Under the pieces are notes generated by a model. That model ran no database searches and had not been told where the DNA came from. It was given only the letters and a program-made list of their open reading frames with translations. Source: Candidatus Nomurabacteria bacterium (GTDB taxonomy: Bacteria; Patescibacteriota; Patescibacteriia; UBA1558; GWA2-36-10). Taken from it: a stretch of DNA of 64,000 bases. Of this stretch, positions 19,133 to 28,600 are shown in pieces (the stretch's first letter is position 1; every line of letters begins with the position of its first letter). Where the stretch lies: positions 322,732 to 386,731 of the forward strand of contig JACKFO010000002.1 in the NCBI GenBank assembly GCA_020632415.1, read 5' to 3'. Made by a program: the position numbers and the translations under genes.

Positions 19133-21688
19133 TTAATCAACTAATTGATAAGGCAACAAATCCGCTTCAAAGCGAGAAATGCTACTGCCAGTTGGATAAA
19201 CGGACAAATCCGTTTTAATCACCACGTCTTTCATTCTAAAATAATTAGCGCTAAAGGCTGCTAAATTAGAAAAAGGTCTTTTTCTTCCGTTTTCAATATA
19301 ATAAATCGTGTCATTATCAGGCTCTTTAGCTAAAATTCCGCTTGGCAATAGATTATAAATATCATCTCCTTTTTCATAAGTAGTAGCAAAATAACCAGGA
19401 ATTACATCTTGTACCAAACGAAACCAATTATCGCCATACAAATGTCTAGCCATTTCCTCTGAAGGGATATATCTTAAAAATCCATTTGGTTCAACTGCAT
19501 AAATTTTATTTGAATCCACAGTAGTAACCAATTTTATTCCCGGACGATAAGTTATCACTCCTCCATCTGGATATAAATCTAATTCTGCAACATCAACTTT
19601 TACTACACGATCAAAATTATCATACCAAGTATAGTAGGTTTTTGGATCTGGAAAAGCATATTTCTTACCATCTTGGCCAATATAATAAACAGTTGCGTCT
19701 TTGACTCCAGCTTGAGCAAGTAATAAACCCGAGTCAGCAAACTCTTGAATACCTAAAACTTGTCCCACAGAAACTTGAATTGAATCATTGACAATAGAAC
19801 TAGTTCCTCTTCTATTTTTGAATTGAGCATAAACCGTTCTTGTGCCATTACCAGCAAGCAAAGCCCAAGGAGTGGTAGTACTATAAGCTCGCCAAGCAAC
19901 ATTATCAAAATTAGAAAAATTACTAATTCTCATTTCCAAAGGAGCATAGGCAGAAGTCATGTTATTAGCAAATAGATTCAAAGTTACCACGCTACTATTA
20001 CTAGTTGCTGCGTTATTATTAATCAAAACTTGTGGATTGCGAGGATTGGAGCTAATTCCTCCTCCGCCGCCTCCTCCGCCGCCTCCTCCGCCGCCACCGG
20101 AAATAGCATTAACAGTAATTGTGCTGGTAGCAAAATCAGAATAAGCTAAACCATCAAAAGCACGATAAGTAAACTGATCGGCACCAACAAATCCACTTTC
20201 TGGTGAATAAGTAAATGAACCATCGTCATTTAAGGTCAATTGTCCATGACTAACATTTGTTCCTAGAACACTAGATAGATCGTGTGGACCTTGATCACTA
20301 TCACTGTCATTGGCTAAAACACCATCTCCAGCTGAAATATTTAACTGAACATTTGCATTTGTCTGATAGCTATCATTATTGGCGACTGGATTTTCGTTTA
20401 GATTTTCTCCAACTGCCAAAATTACTTTGGCAAGATTAGAATAAGCTAAACCATCAAAAGCACGGTAAGTAAAAGCATCTTTTCCTTCAAAATCTGTATC
20501 TGGTACGTATTTAAAATTACCATTTACACCCATGATCAAAACTCCATGTTCAACCCAATTTTCAACTTTAACAGTCATAGGCTCTGGACGATTGTCTGGA
20601 TCTTTATCATTGTCCAAAATACTTTCCGGAGAAAGAATGAATGTTTCATTTTTATCTAATTGATAAGCATCACCTTTAGCAATTGGTGAGCGATTAGAAC
20701 CGGTATCTTTAACAACAACCTTAACTGTTGCAATGTCAGAATAATCAAGACCATCAAAGGCTTGATACCTAAAATAAGCATTGCCAACATAACCCTTTTC
20801 TGGCTTATAAATAAAAGACCCATTATTATTTAATTCTAAATGTCCATGAGTCAAATCTTCATTACCCATATCCCACAAACGAGCTGTTAAATGCTGCGGA
20901 CCATCTTGATCTTGGTCATTTGCCAAAACTCCATTTAAACGATCAATAGTTAAAAGATTACCGGAAACAACTGAATATAAATCTCCTTTAGCAATTGGCT
21001 TTTGATTATCAACCGGATCATTTCCGCGGCCAATTTCTATTTTGATGATAATTTCTTCAGTGTCCGTACCATTTACTGCCTTTAATCTTCCAGAGAACTT
21101 ATAGGTTCCTTCTGGCCAATCACCACGTATCTTAAAACTTTTTGTATCATCTAAAGCATCCTTAAAAACCAAACCATTTTGACCATTGGCATAAAGATAA
21201 AATATCGGTGCTCGATCATAAATAATATGATGCATCGGCTCAGTCATGTCACCAAGATAACGTAAAAAAGTACTTGGATAATCAACTATTGCAAAAGGAT
21301 AGTCGCCACGCAATACTTCGACGTTAGTGGAGCTCTCAATAGAATTAATATAATAAATTTCTATTTCTTCTTTGGTATTTAATTGATAACCGTGATCTAA
21401 ATCGCCACGCAATCTTTGCCATTCACGACCATCAAGTGAAGAAGCCAGGGTTAAACTCTCCAAGGTCAATCTTTCATTTTGATAACCAAAGCCACCATAA
21501 GGAGAGGTGTTATTTGGTTTTTTTGATGCTGTGCTCGCTGAATCTTGCTTAGTATTTTGATTGATCAAAACTTTAGCGCTGAGATTAGACACGTCTTCAC
21601 TGATCATCGCCAAAGCTGGCAATGAATAACTAAAGCTACTGCTCAACAAAATACTGGAAATAGTAAAAATACTAATAAATTTTTTCAT
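19133..21688 (-). CDS. large secreted protein with four tandem Ig/cadherin-like repeats and a Gly14 tract
   Basis: Signal peptide. Four repeats of the pattern PIAKGD.Y....N..L.I....VL.ND.D.D...L......V.HG.L.LN.DGSF.Y.P...F.G.D.F.YRAFDGL.YS. GGGGGGGGGGGGGG linker, then a C-terminal domain. Confidence 0.65.
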   Translation of the reverse strand: MKKFISIFTISSILLSSSFSYSLPALAMISEDVSNLSAKVLINQNTKQDSASTASKKPNNTSPYGGFGYQNERLTLESLTLASSLDGREWQRLRGDLDHGYQLNTKEEIEIYYINSIESSTNVEVLRGDYPFAIVDYPSTFLRYLGDMTEPMHHIIYDRAPIFYLYANGQNGLVFKDALDDTKSFKIRGDWPEGTYKFSGRLKAVNGTDTEEIIIKIEIGRGNDPVDNQKPIAKGDLYSVVSGNLLTIDRLNGVLANDQDQDGPQHLTARLWDMGNEDLTHGHLELNNNGSFIYKPEKGYVGNAYFRYQAFDGLDYSDIATVKVVVKDTGSNRSPIAKGDAYQLDKNETFILSPESILDNDKDPDNRPEPMTVKVENWVEHGVLIMGVNGNFKYVPDTDFEGKDAFTYRAFDGLAYSNLAKVILAVGENLNENPVANNDSYQTNANVQLNISAGDGVLANDSDSDQGPHDLSSVLGTNVSHGQLTLNDDGSFTYSPESGFVGADQFTYRAFDGLAYSDFATSTITVNAISGGGGGGGGGGGGGGISSNPRNPQVLINNNAATSNSSVVTLNLFANNMTSAYAPLEMRISNFSNFDNVAWRAYSTTTPWALLAGNGTRTVYAQFKNRRGTSSIVNDSIQVSVGQVLGIQEFADSGLLLAQAGVKDATVYYIGQDGKKYAFPDPKTYYTWYDNFDRVVKVDVAELDLYPDGGVITYRPGIKLVTTVDSNKIYAVEPNGFLRYIPSEEMARHLYGDNWFRLVQDVIPGYFATTYEKGDDIYNLLPSGILAKEPDNDTIYYIENGRKRPFSNLAAFSANYFRMKDVVIKTDLSVYPTGSSISRFEADLLPYQLVD
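20058..20099. repeat. 12-nt tandem repeat CCTCCTCCGCCG x3 (+CCACCG) encoding the poly-Gly tract
   Basis: Three exact 12-nt units read directly at 20058-20093. In frame (4 codons per unit). Confidence 0.9.
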
Positions 21689-21721
21689 ATACTTAAAAAG
21701 TTACAAACTTTATTTACAAAT

Positions 21722-23395
21722 TTAAAAAATAATTAAAAACCCTAACAACAATAGTAATAAAACCGCTGAACCAATTACTTTGTAATTTTGCTTTTTAATG
21801 TGTACAAAGATATTTAAAATCAAAGCAATACTTAATAACAAACCAAAAATCTTATAATAAATCAAAGAAATATTAAACAAAGTTTTTGTACCATCAAGTT
21901 GATTATGTCGCAAAAAGAAATATTGATTCAACAAAGAAGTCTTAACTGGCTTGATTTGATCAAAAGAAAGATCAACTGTATTTTGATTACCAGCAAAATC
22001 AATAATTTGCAAACTTGGTAAAATGATTGGATTAAAAAATTTTTCTGCTTGTTCTTTTGAAAAAGTTGTATAAGCTAGCCAATGTCCAGGATCATTTTGT
22101 TCTAAATCAACAAATACCCCACCGATATTAACCATTGCTGTTTCTACGTCTTCACTCAAATAAGCATCAATTTTAACAATTGCTTCATTTTTTCCTTCTG
22201 GTTGATCAATGATAATTTTTGTCTTTTCCAAATCAACGCTAGGCGCTGTCAAATCTACCTGATAATAATATTTTTCGGAACTAATTTGCTCTTGATCTTT
22301 GAAGGCAAGTAAATAAATCTCGTGCTCGCCTTCAGTTAAAGTAAGTGGCAAAATAAAATTATTCAAATTCTCCGCTTTGTTTTTATCGAGTAAAACTTGA
22401 CCATTGTCATAAACAATTATTTTATTTGAAGCTACGGATTCAATTTCTAAATCAATTTGGCTAAAGTTTGCCAAAAATCCAGTTTCCGGAGAGATGATTT
22501 TTGCTGGCAACAAAGGCTGGTTCAATTCTTGCTCAGCCAAAACCTGTGAATCAGAGATGATTTCTAAATCAGGAATATTTTCTTCTACTACAAAATCAAA
22601 GTTTTCTTCTGGCAAATCTAAAACTTCCGGTTGATTTTCTGCTTCGATAATCTGTGAATTGTTTAAATCATTTGTCTTGATTTCTGGAACAATACTTTCT
22701 GGAACTTTTACTTCAGTCACCTCCTTGATTTCTTCTGTTGTTTCTGTAATCGGCTGAACAACAACTCTTGGTTTGGCAAAAAACTGCGCTGCCAAAGTTG
22801 TGTCTCCACCATTATAAAGTCCATTAGCCATACTGACGCCAATTTCTGAATATAAAGGATCGATCAAGTTAGCATAGTGAGTAGGACTATTTTGCCAAGC
22901 TGCTACTACATCTTCGGCACTAGCAAAACCCATGGCCAGATTTTCACCAGCAACATGATAAGTGTAACCCAGTGCTCTTAGCCAAGAAGAGACTCGCTTG
23001 CCATCAGGACCAACATGCGCAAAATACTGCTCCAAAAGCATATCTTCCACTTTATTGTAAGCTGCTTGATCCAAAATCGCACTTTCGGTCAAGGGATTTA
23101 AATTTAAATTTACTCGAACTTGATTGGTCAAAGTGATGATTTTTTTACTTTCACCAGTCAAAACATCTGGAGTCAACCAAGCGGTAATTGGCAATAAAAC
23201 TACAAAAATAGCCACAATTACCTTCATGGCCACTGCTGAACTGGCATAAAAAAATAAACGACGATACTGCAAAGAATGAGGATGATAATCATTCTCAATG
23301 CTTGGAATAAAAAAATCCTTGACTTTAGTCCGCCAAGACTTATTTCCCTCTTTAAATTGTGGACCTAAATCTTCAAACATAAGTTTATGTTTCAT
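21722..23395 (-). CDS. CAP (SCP/PR1-like) domain protein with N- and C-terminal membrane anchors
   Basis: CAP core YFAHVGPDGKRVSSWL...HVAGENLAMGF...AAWQNSPTHYANLIDP.YSEIGVS. Confidence 0.7.
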   Translation of the reverse strand: MKHKLMFEDLGPQFKEGNKSWRTKVKDFFIPSIENDYHPHSLQYRRLFFYASSAVAMKVIVAIFVVLLPITAWLTPDVLTGESKKIITLTNQVRVNLNLNPLTESAILDQAAYNKVEDMLLEQYFAHVGPDGKRVSSWLRALGYTYHVAGENLAMGFASAEDVVAAWQNSPTHYANLIDPLYSEIGVSMANGLYNGGDTTLAAQFFAKPRVVVQPITETTEEIKEVTEVKVPESIVPEIKTNDLNNSQIIEAENQPEVLDLPEENFDFVVEENIPDLEIISDSQVLAEQELNQPLLPAKIISPETGFLANFSQIDLEIESVASNKIIVYDNGQVLLDKNKAENLNNFILPLTLTEGEHEIYLLAFKDQEQISSEKYYYQVDLTAPSVDLEKTKIIIDQPEGKNEAIVKIDAYLSEDVETAMVNIGGVFVDLEQNDPGHWLAYTTFSKEQAEKFFNPIILPSLQIIDFAGNQNTVDLSFDQIKPVKTSLLNQYFFLRHNQLDGTKTLFNISLIYYKIFGLLLSIALILNIFVHIKKQNYKVIGSAVLLLLLLGFLIIF

Positions 23396-23466
23396 ATTAA
23401 AATAACATATAAACTAAGAAAAGTCAACTCTAGATAGCTTACAAGCTTATTGTAAATAATTTTAAA

Positions 23467-23508
23467 TAAAAAAGAAAGCGGTGATCACGTTAGACGCGAC
23501 CACCGCTT
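23467..23508 (-). terminator. terminator of cassette B1
   Basis: Minus strand AAGCGGTG-17 nt-CACCGCTT followed by TCTTTTTT. Confidence 0.5.
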
Positions 23509-23529
23509 GAGAACATCGAAACCAGAAGA

Positions 23530-24513
23530 TCAGGGACGCCAGTAGTAGCGCACAGCCGCGACTGCCTGCTCGAGACGACTGTCGTAGCCGACCTGGAAGC
23601 TCAAAGAGCCGATCAGCTCCCCAGAATTCTTCCAGCCAAGAAAAGCCTGCCAGGCTTCAGCTTGCTCACCGAAGTCAAATCCTGAGGTCAAGAAGAACTT
23701 CTGCTTTGCTCCCAGACGGAGAAAATCCCAGTTTCCCTTCAAGACGTAGAGATTGTCCGGAGCGATCCATCCGTCCGGATGGAAGCGATAGCTCCAGCCA
23801 CCGGCCAAAGCCAAAGACTGCCAGGGTCGAGTGTAGAGCGAGACGTTATGACCAATCTCTTCTTCCCAGCTCAAGTGAAGATCGAAAATGCTCCAGTAGC
23901 CATTGAGGTGGTAGTTGCCGACCCAAACATCACTATCCAGCATCGGAAAAGCGCTGAACAAACTATCCAGACCTCGTGCTGGCCATGTACGACGAGCGCC
24001 ATAGCCCAAAGCAGCAGAAGCGCCAAAAGGTCGACCTCCCAACTGATCATACCAAGCGACTTGCAAGGCTGCTCCTGAGATACTCCCGGTAAAAGGCAGC
24101 TCAGCGTCATTTGGTCGCAAGAGAGTTGCTTCGTAGGCCTGAGGAAAGCTTTCCAAAGCCAGGTTTCGATACTGTCCAGCGCGCAGACTGAAATTCCCAT
24201 TGGAATTTCGCCAATCGTGCTGAACAAAGGCCTCGCTCAAGAAAGCCTCAGCCTGATCACCGTAAGCAATCTGACCTTCAGCCTTGAACGAAAAAACCTT
24301 GTTTTGACCACTTGAAACCCAAGCTTGTCCTCCTAGAAGGCTGTATGACCAGCGGGCTTGCAAGCTATCTTCGAAGCTGGTATTCAAACCAGCGCCTCCA
24401 TAGAAGTCCAGCTGGAAACGTTCCACCTGATCATCACTGGAAGCAGCAGCAAAAGCTGTGGACTGGGTCCAGAGGATCAACAGACCCAACAGCCAAAAAC
24501 TCAAAGTTTTCAT
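23530..24513 (-). CDS. orphan secreted protein with outer-membrane beta-barrel-like sequence pattern (G+C-rich cassette B1)
   Basis: GGAGGA SD. Signal peptide MKTLSFWLLGLLILWTQSTAFA/AASS. Many short alternating hydrophobic/aromatic strands (FQLDFYGGAG, RWSYSLLGG, FSFKAEGQIAYG, LQVAWYDQ, SLSFQVGYD) and an aromatic C-terminus VRYYWRP. G/C-ending codons. Confidence 0.6.
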   Translation of the reverse strand: MKTLSFWLLGLLILWTQSTAFAAASSDDQVERFQLDFYGGAGLNTSFEDSLQARWSYSLLGGQAWVSSGQNKVFSFKAEGQIAYGDQAEAFLSEAFVQHDWRNSNGNFSLRAGQYRNLALESFPQAYEATLLRPNDAELPFTGSISGAALQVAWYDQLGGRPFGASAALGYGARRTWPARGLDSLFSAFPMLDSDVWVGNYHLNGYWSIFDLHLSWEEEIGHNVSLYTRPWQSLALAGGWSYRFHPDGWIAPDNLYVLKGNWDFLRLGAKQKFFLTSGFDFGEQAEAWQAFLGWKNSGELIGSLSFQVGYDSRLEQAVAAVRYYWRP

Positions 24514-24620
24514 CGCCTTTTCCTCCGCGTTGCTTGATTTTGTTGTTATTTTCTGATTTCGTTTGTGTCAAAGATCGGGAGAACTTCATGTTTAAAAAAA
24601 CATGAAATATCCAACTGTAA

Positions 24621-24649
24621 ACCATACACCAAAATCTATTATTTGTCAA
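24621..24649 (-). promoter_or_regulatory. promoter of cassette B1
   Basis: Minus strand TTGACA (24644-24649), 17 nt, TATGGT (24621-24626). A 5' UTR of about 110 nt contains the palindrome at 24585-24606. Confidence 0.55.
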
Positions 24650-24679
24650 GTCTAGCTTATTTTAGCCCAAAAATAACTC

Positions 24680-24708
24680 TTGACAAATATTTTAAAATAG
24701 TATATAAT
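24680..24708 (+). promoter_or_regulatory. promoter of cassette B2
   Basis: TTGACA 24680-24685, 17-nt spacer, TATAAT 24703-24708. Confidence 0.65.
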
Positions 24709-24753
24709 ACTTTGTTACGTACACTGACAACCAAAACCACACGGAGGAACACC

Positions 24754-25500
24754 ATGAACCGCATTCACAGCTTCTGCCTGCTGATGCTCCTGTGCATCAG
24801 CGCCGCCTTCGCCGACGCCTACGAAGAACCCATCAAGAACACCAACCCCGACACCACGGCCACCACGGCGTCCTGGGAAGCGAACACGCTTCCGATGGAA
24901 CCCTGGCTGATCAAGTGGGACGCCAACGGCCAGCCGGTCAAGACGCATCGTCTGAGCTTCGAAATTTCCGGCAGCGACACCCTGTACTACAAGGGTGACT
25001 GCCTGATCGAAGATCAGCGCGTCCGCTGGTATCCGAAGTCCCTGCAGGACAACCGGATGCACTCGGCCTACTGGACCGCTCGTCGCAGCATGTACGCGGC
25101 ACTGCTCGTCGCCGGCTACCAAGCGCGCGAAGCCGACTCGCTCTGCCGCACGCTACAACCCGTGATCGATGGCCAGAAGGACAGTCGTCCCCTGCTCAAC
25201 CAGATCATGGCCGCCGCCCCGAACATCCACAAGCTGAACATGCTGGAACATGAGCTCCTGGCAATGCAACAGCAGATGGTCACCGTCGACATGCTCAACG
25301 AGTTCGCCGGAGACATCGACGCCGCCCTGTCCGAACACGTCAACTTCGCCGAAACGGTGGATGACTTCCTCAATCAGACACGAGGAAAGAAGTGGGGACG
25401 CGCCAAACGTGCTCACTCCCTCTTCCTGACATCGGCGCCGCCGAGCGAGGAACGATGCCTTCCGTCAACGGAAGAGATGCCCATGCCGAGCAAGTTCTGA
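24754..25500 (+). CDS. orphan secreted protein, 248 aa (G+C-rich cassette B2)
   Basis: GGAGGA 5 nt upstream of ATG 24754. Signal peptide MNRIHSFCLLMLLCISAAFA/DAYEE. Strongly G/C-ending codons. The track start at 24565 runs through the promoter and is rejected. Confidence 0.6.
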   Translation: MNRIHSFCLLMLLCISAAFADAYEEPIKNTNPDTTATTASWEANTLPMEPWLIKWDANGQPVKTHRLSFEISGSDTLYYKGDCLIEDQRVRWYPKSLQDNRMHSAYWTARRSMYAALLVAGYQAREADSLCRTLQPVIDGQKDSRPLLNQIMAAAPNIHKLNMLEHELLAMQQQMVTVDMLNEFAGDIDAALSEHVNFAETVDDFLNQTRGKKWGRAKRAHSLFLTSAPPSEERCLPSTEEMPMPSKF

Positions 25501-25529
25501 CCTCCTCCGTGAAGCGCAATTTCAGCGCA

Positions 25530-25571
25530 AGCCCGCCCCAAACTACAGCAGTAGCAAAGGCGGGCTTTTTC
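25530..25571 (+). terminator. terminator of cassette B2
   Basis: AGCCCGCC-21 nt-GGCGGGCT followed by TTTTT. The large loop lowers confidence. Confidence 0.45.
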
Positions 25572-25575
25572 TTTG

Positions 25576-25609
25576 ATTAAAAAACACCTCGCAGCTTAGC
25601 TGCGAGGTG
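25576..25609 (-). terminator. terminator of the giant-protein operon
   Basis: Minus strand CACCTCGCAGC-loop-GCTGCGAGGTG followed by TTTTTT. Confidence 0.8.
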
Positions 25610-25622
25610 AAATTTTATTTAT

Positions 25623-28600
25623 TTATTTTTTATACAAATTGTCTAAATCTACTTGATTACGAACTTCAATTGTTGGATCACCCAAAGGATCTAATCTAAA
25701 TAATTTACCGGCTTCTTTAACAAAGGTATTTCCTTCAGTATCAGTAAAAGTAGCGCCATCATTCATTTGTGATAATTGATCAAAACCACGGTGTACTTCA
25801 CCAGCTATTTCTGTGCTTGTCTGAGCTGCCTCAGCAACATTCTCGCTAACTGGAACTTGTTCAGGTATCGCCTCAGCTGACACTGGCTCTACCGGCTCTT
25901 CAATTGGCGTCTCAAAACTTTCTGGTTCCATAGCCCCAGCTGTCTCCCTAGCTTTCCTAGCTTGATCCAGACTTTCACTTAAACCAGACGCTTTTGGTTC
26001 TGGAATATTATCTGCTACTGGCGGCAAATTTTCAGACGCAGCTTTTGCCGCTGTTTTTACTGGCTCTGATAAAACTGAATTATCCAACCAAGATTCTAAA
26101 ACTTTTTCTTTCAAAGTCCAAGTATTGCCACTCAAGTCGTCTAACATATATTCTTCTTGACCAAATAAATGTTTTTTTACTAAATGCACAAAAGCATAAA
26201 ATTGACGACCATTTTCATCTTTGACTAAACGCGCCTCCCAAGCTTTACCAGGCAAAGAATCGCTAGTAGCTACTTTATCAAAAGCGGAAGTGTATCTTTC
26301 TACTGTTTCCAAATCATTTAGATCAGAAATCTTTACATTTGGCGCTTGTTCTACATATTTCAAAAATATCGCTGCTTTATTACTATCTGGTGTAAAAGAA
26401 TTTGGATAATAATCCTCCAAAAATTGCCTTTGTACCTCTGGAGAACTTTCAAAAACATGATTAACTAAAGCGTCAATTTCTTGTGGATTATTTTCTACTG
26501 CTCTTAAGAGCTCTTCTGAATAAGGAGTCTTACCAGCTAAAAATCCATCCAAATTAGCGGTAGCTACTTCTGCTGAGCCTGTTGTTTCTGGAACAAAATT
26601 ATGTCCACTATGATCTACCATTTTACTCAAATCATCTACTGTAACATCATGATTGTCTGCAAGACGATAAATTGTTTGACCATTGATTTCTACCTGCTCA
26701 ACTGGCTGATGATCAAAAGACCAATTATGCACTTCTCCATCATGAGACAACCAATCCGTACCATGTGCTCTAACTTCAGCAGCGATTTGGTCAACGCTTT
26801 CCGTACTGATTCTCACTCCATGTTTTGCTGCCTCGGCAATTGCTTCATTATTGGCAACAATATTTTGCATTTGCTCAGCAGTCAAAGCGCCTGATTTTTG
26901 CGCAGCTTCACTAATGTTTTCTGGATTAAATAAATTACCAAAATTTAACTTCGTGCCAAGCTTTAGCTGATCAACATCACCGTCAATACCAAAAGCTTTT
27001 GGATCAGCGACAATTTTATCTTTAAAATAATCAATAAAATAAGTACGCTGAGCTTCATTTAGATTGTTCCAATTTGGCACTCTAGCTCTTAACTGATCTT
27101 CTGTTAGATTCCAAACATTATCTCCTTTACTAACTACGGCTTCAACACTAATTCCTCCTTGATCTGGGATATTCTCTGCCACACCATGTGGTACTGGAGC
27201 GTCTGATTCTAAAGTTGGTCTTAAATAAGCTGTTTCTGGAGCGCCAGGATCAGCAACTTCCTGAGCGTGCTCTGCTGCGCCTTGCACCTGATCTGCGCCA
27301 TCAGCGTGACTTAATTTATCCAAAACTCTTGAACCAGCTATTGCTCCAACTGTCAAACCTAAAACCGCTGAGACGCCATATCGTCTCATAGCCTTCATAC
27401 GTGATTTATCTTGTGCGCTAGATAAAGTCTCTACCGTCTTCTGTTCTGTTTTTAAAGTCTCGCTGACAATATCAATTTTAACAGAATTAATTCTTTCATT
27501 ACCATTAACTATAGGCTCTCCTATAATTTCATCGAGAGCGATTTTATCTTGGAATTCCGACTTTAATCTTCGAAAATACTCTTCTTGAATCAAGTTCACA
27601 AAAGCTGCTTGCTCATCACCAAAACGACCAGCCTCAGCTAAACCAACTCTTTTATCTAAACTCAAAATTCTTAATCGCGCTAATTCTTTAGCTAATTCCT
27701 CTGTTGGATATTGCTCTTGATTTCCTAACACCTCTCTCCATTCAACGATATCTTCGTCTGTAATTTTTCCTGCTTCTGATTTTTTGCTTTTGAATCCAAG
27801 ATTTTTCATCTTGTCAATCAAACCTTTTTGTCCGCCCCATTCACTTCTTTTATCAATTGTTGCTTCAGCAAACATAAAAGTGCCCGTAGAAGACATCACG
27901 CCACGTGCTGTCAAAATACCAGCAACAACTCCAGTTGTACCACCGCTAAACAACAAACTAGCGCCAAACAAACCAACACCTAAACCTAATCTAATTTTTC
28001 CGGTTTTACGCCAAAATTCTTTAAATTTTCCAATAAAATTTTTATCCAAACCACTGGCTTCAGCGTCAATCGCCACTTCTTCGGCTTGTAACAAAGAAAT
28101 GTATTCGCTGGCCAATATGTTTTTAAGCTGTTCTATCGTAATCTTACCCTCAGTAAAATCTTGTAATAATTCTCCTTTTTTATTTTCCAAACTATCATGA
28201 ACATGCTTGTCTTTGGCCTCTTGGTAAGCTTGAGCTATTTTTTCAAATTTGCTTTTACCTCCACGAACAACCTGGCCTCTTTTATATAAAGCTTTTACAA
28301 AGGCTGAACGCAACTCATCTAAATTACCAGGAACAACATCTTCATAAGACTCATTTTCAATCTCCTCTGAAATTCCTCCGTCAATCACCTCCTCAACGCC
28401 TTCTTCAGTGCGATGGCTTTCTTCTGAATCTTCTTCAGTGGCGCCTTCTGCTGCTTTTTCAATTTCTTGACTAAAACGAGCAATAATATCATCCAACTTA
28501 TCTTCTAATTCCTCTCTTGGCAAACTTCTGTCTAAACTACTGATTTCATCAAGAAACTTAGCTTGAATTTCTGGATGTTTTTGACCGTCTTCATAATGAT

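Noticed and set aside
20058-20099. Poly-G/poly-C-like repeat as an on/off phase-variation switch or CRISPR-like repeat
   Set aside because: The unit is 12 nt (in frame), so copy-number change cannot frameshift. There are no spacers or further repeats, so it is not a CRISPR array.
23706-25416. Numerous overlapping alternative-frame and antisense ORFs inside the G+C-rich segments. Examples: 23706..23906, 23779..24078, 23871..24227, 24312..24605, 24715..25122, 24792..24998, 25116..25373, 25153..25416. Also 50000..50323, 54027..54302, 54130..54588, 54342..54605, 56689..56907, 60221..60691 and 60345..60746.
   Set aside because: High G+C depletes stop codons in all frames. Only one frame per cassette has an SD, an appropriately placed ATG downstream of the promoter, G/C bias at third positions and a protein-like sequence.
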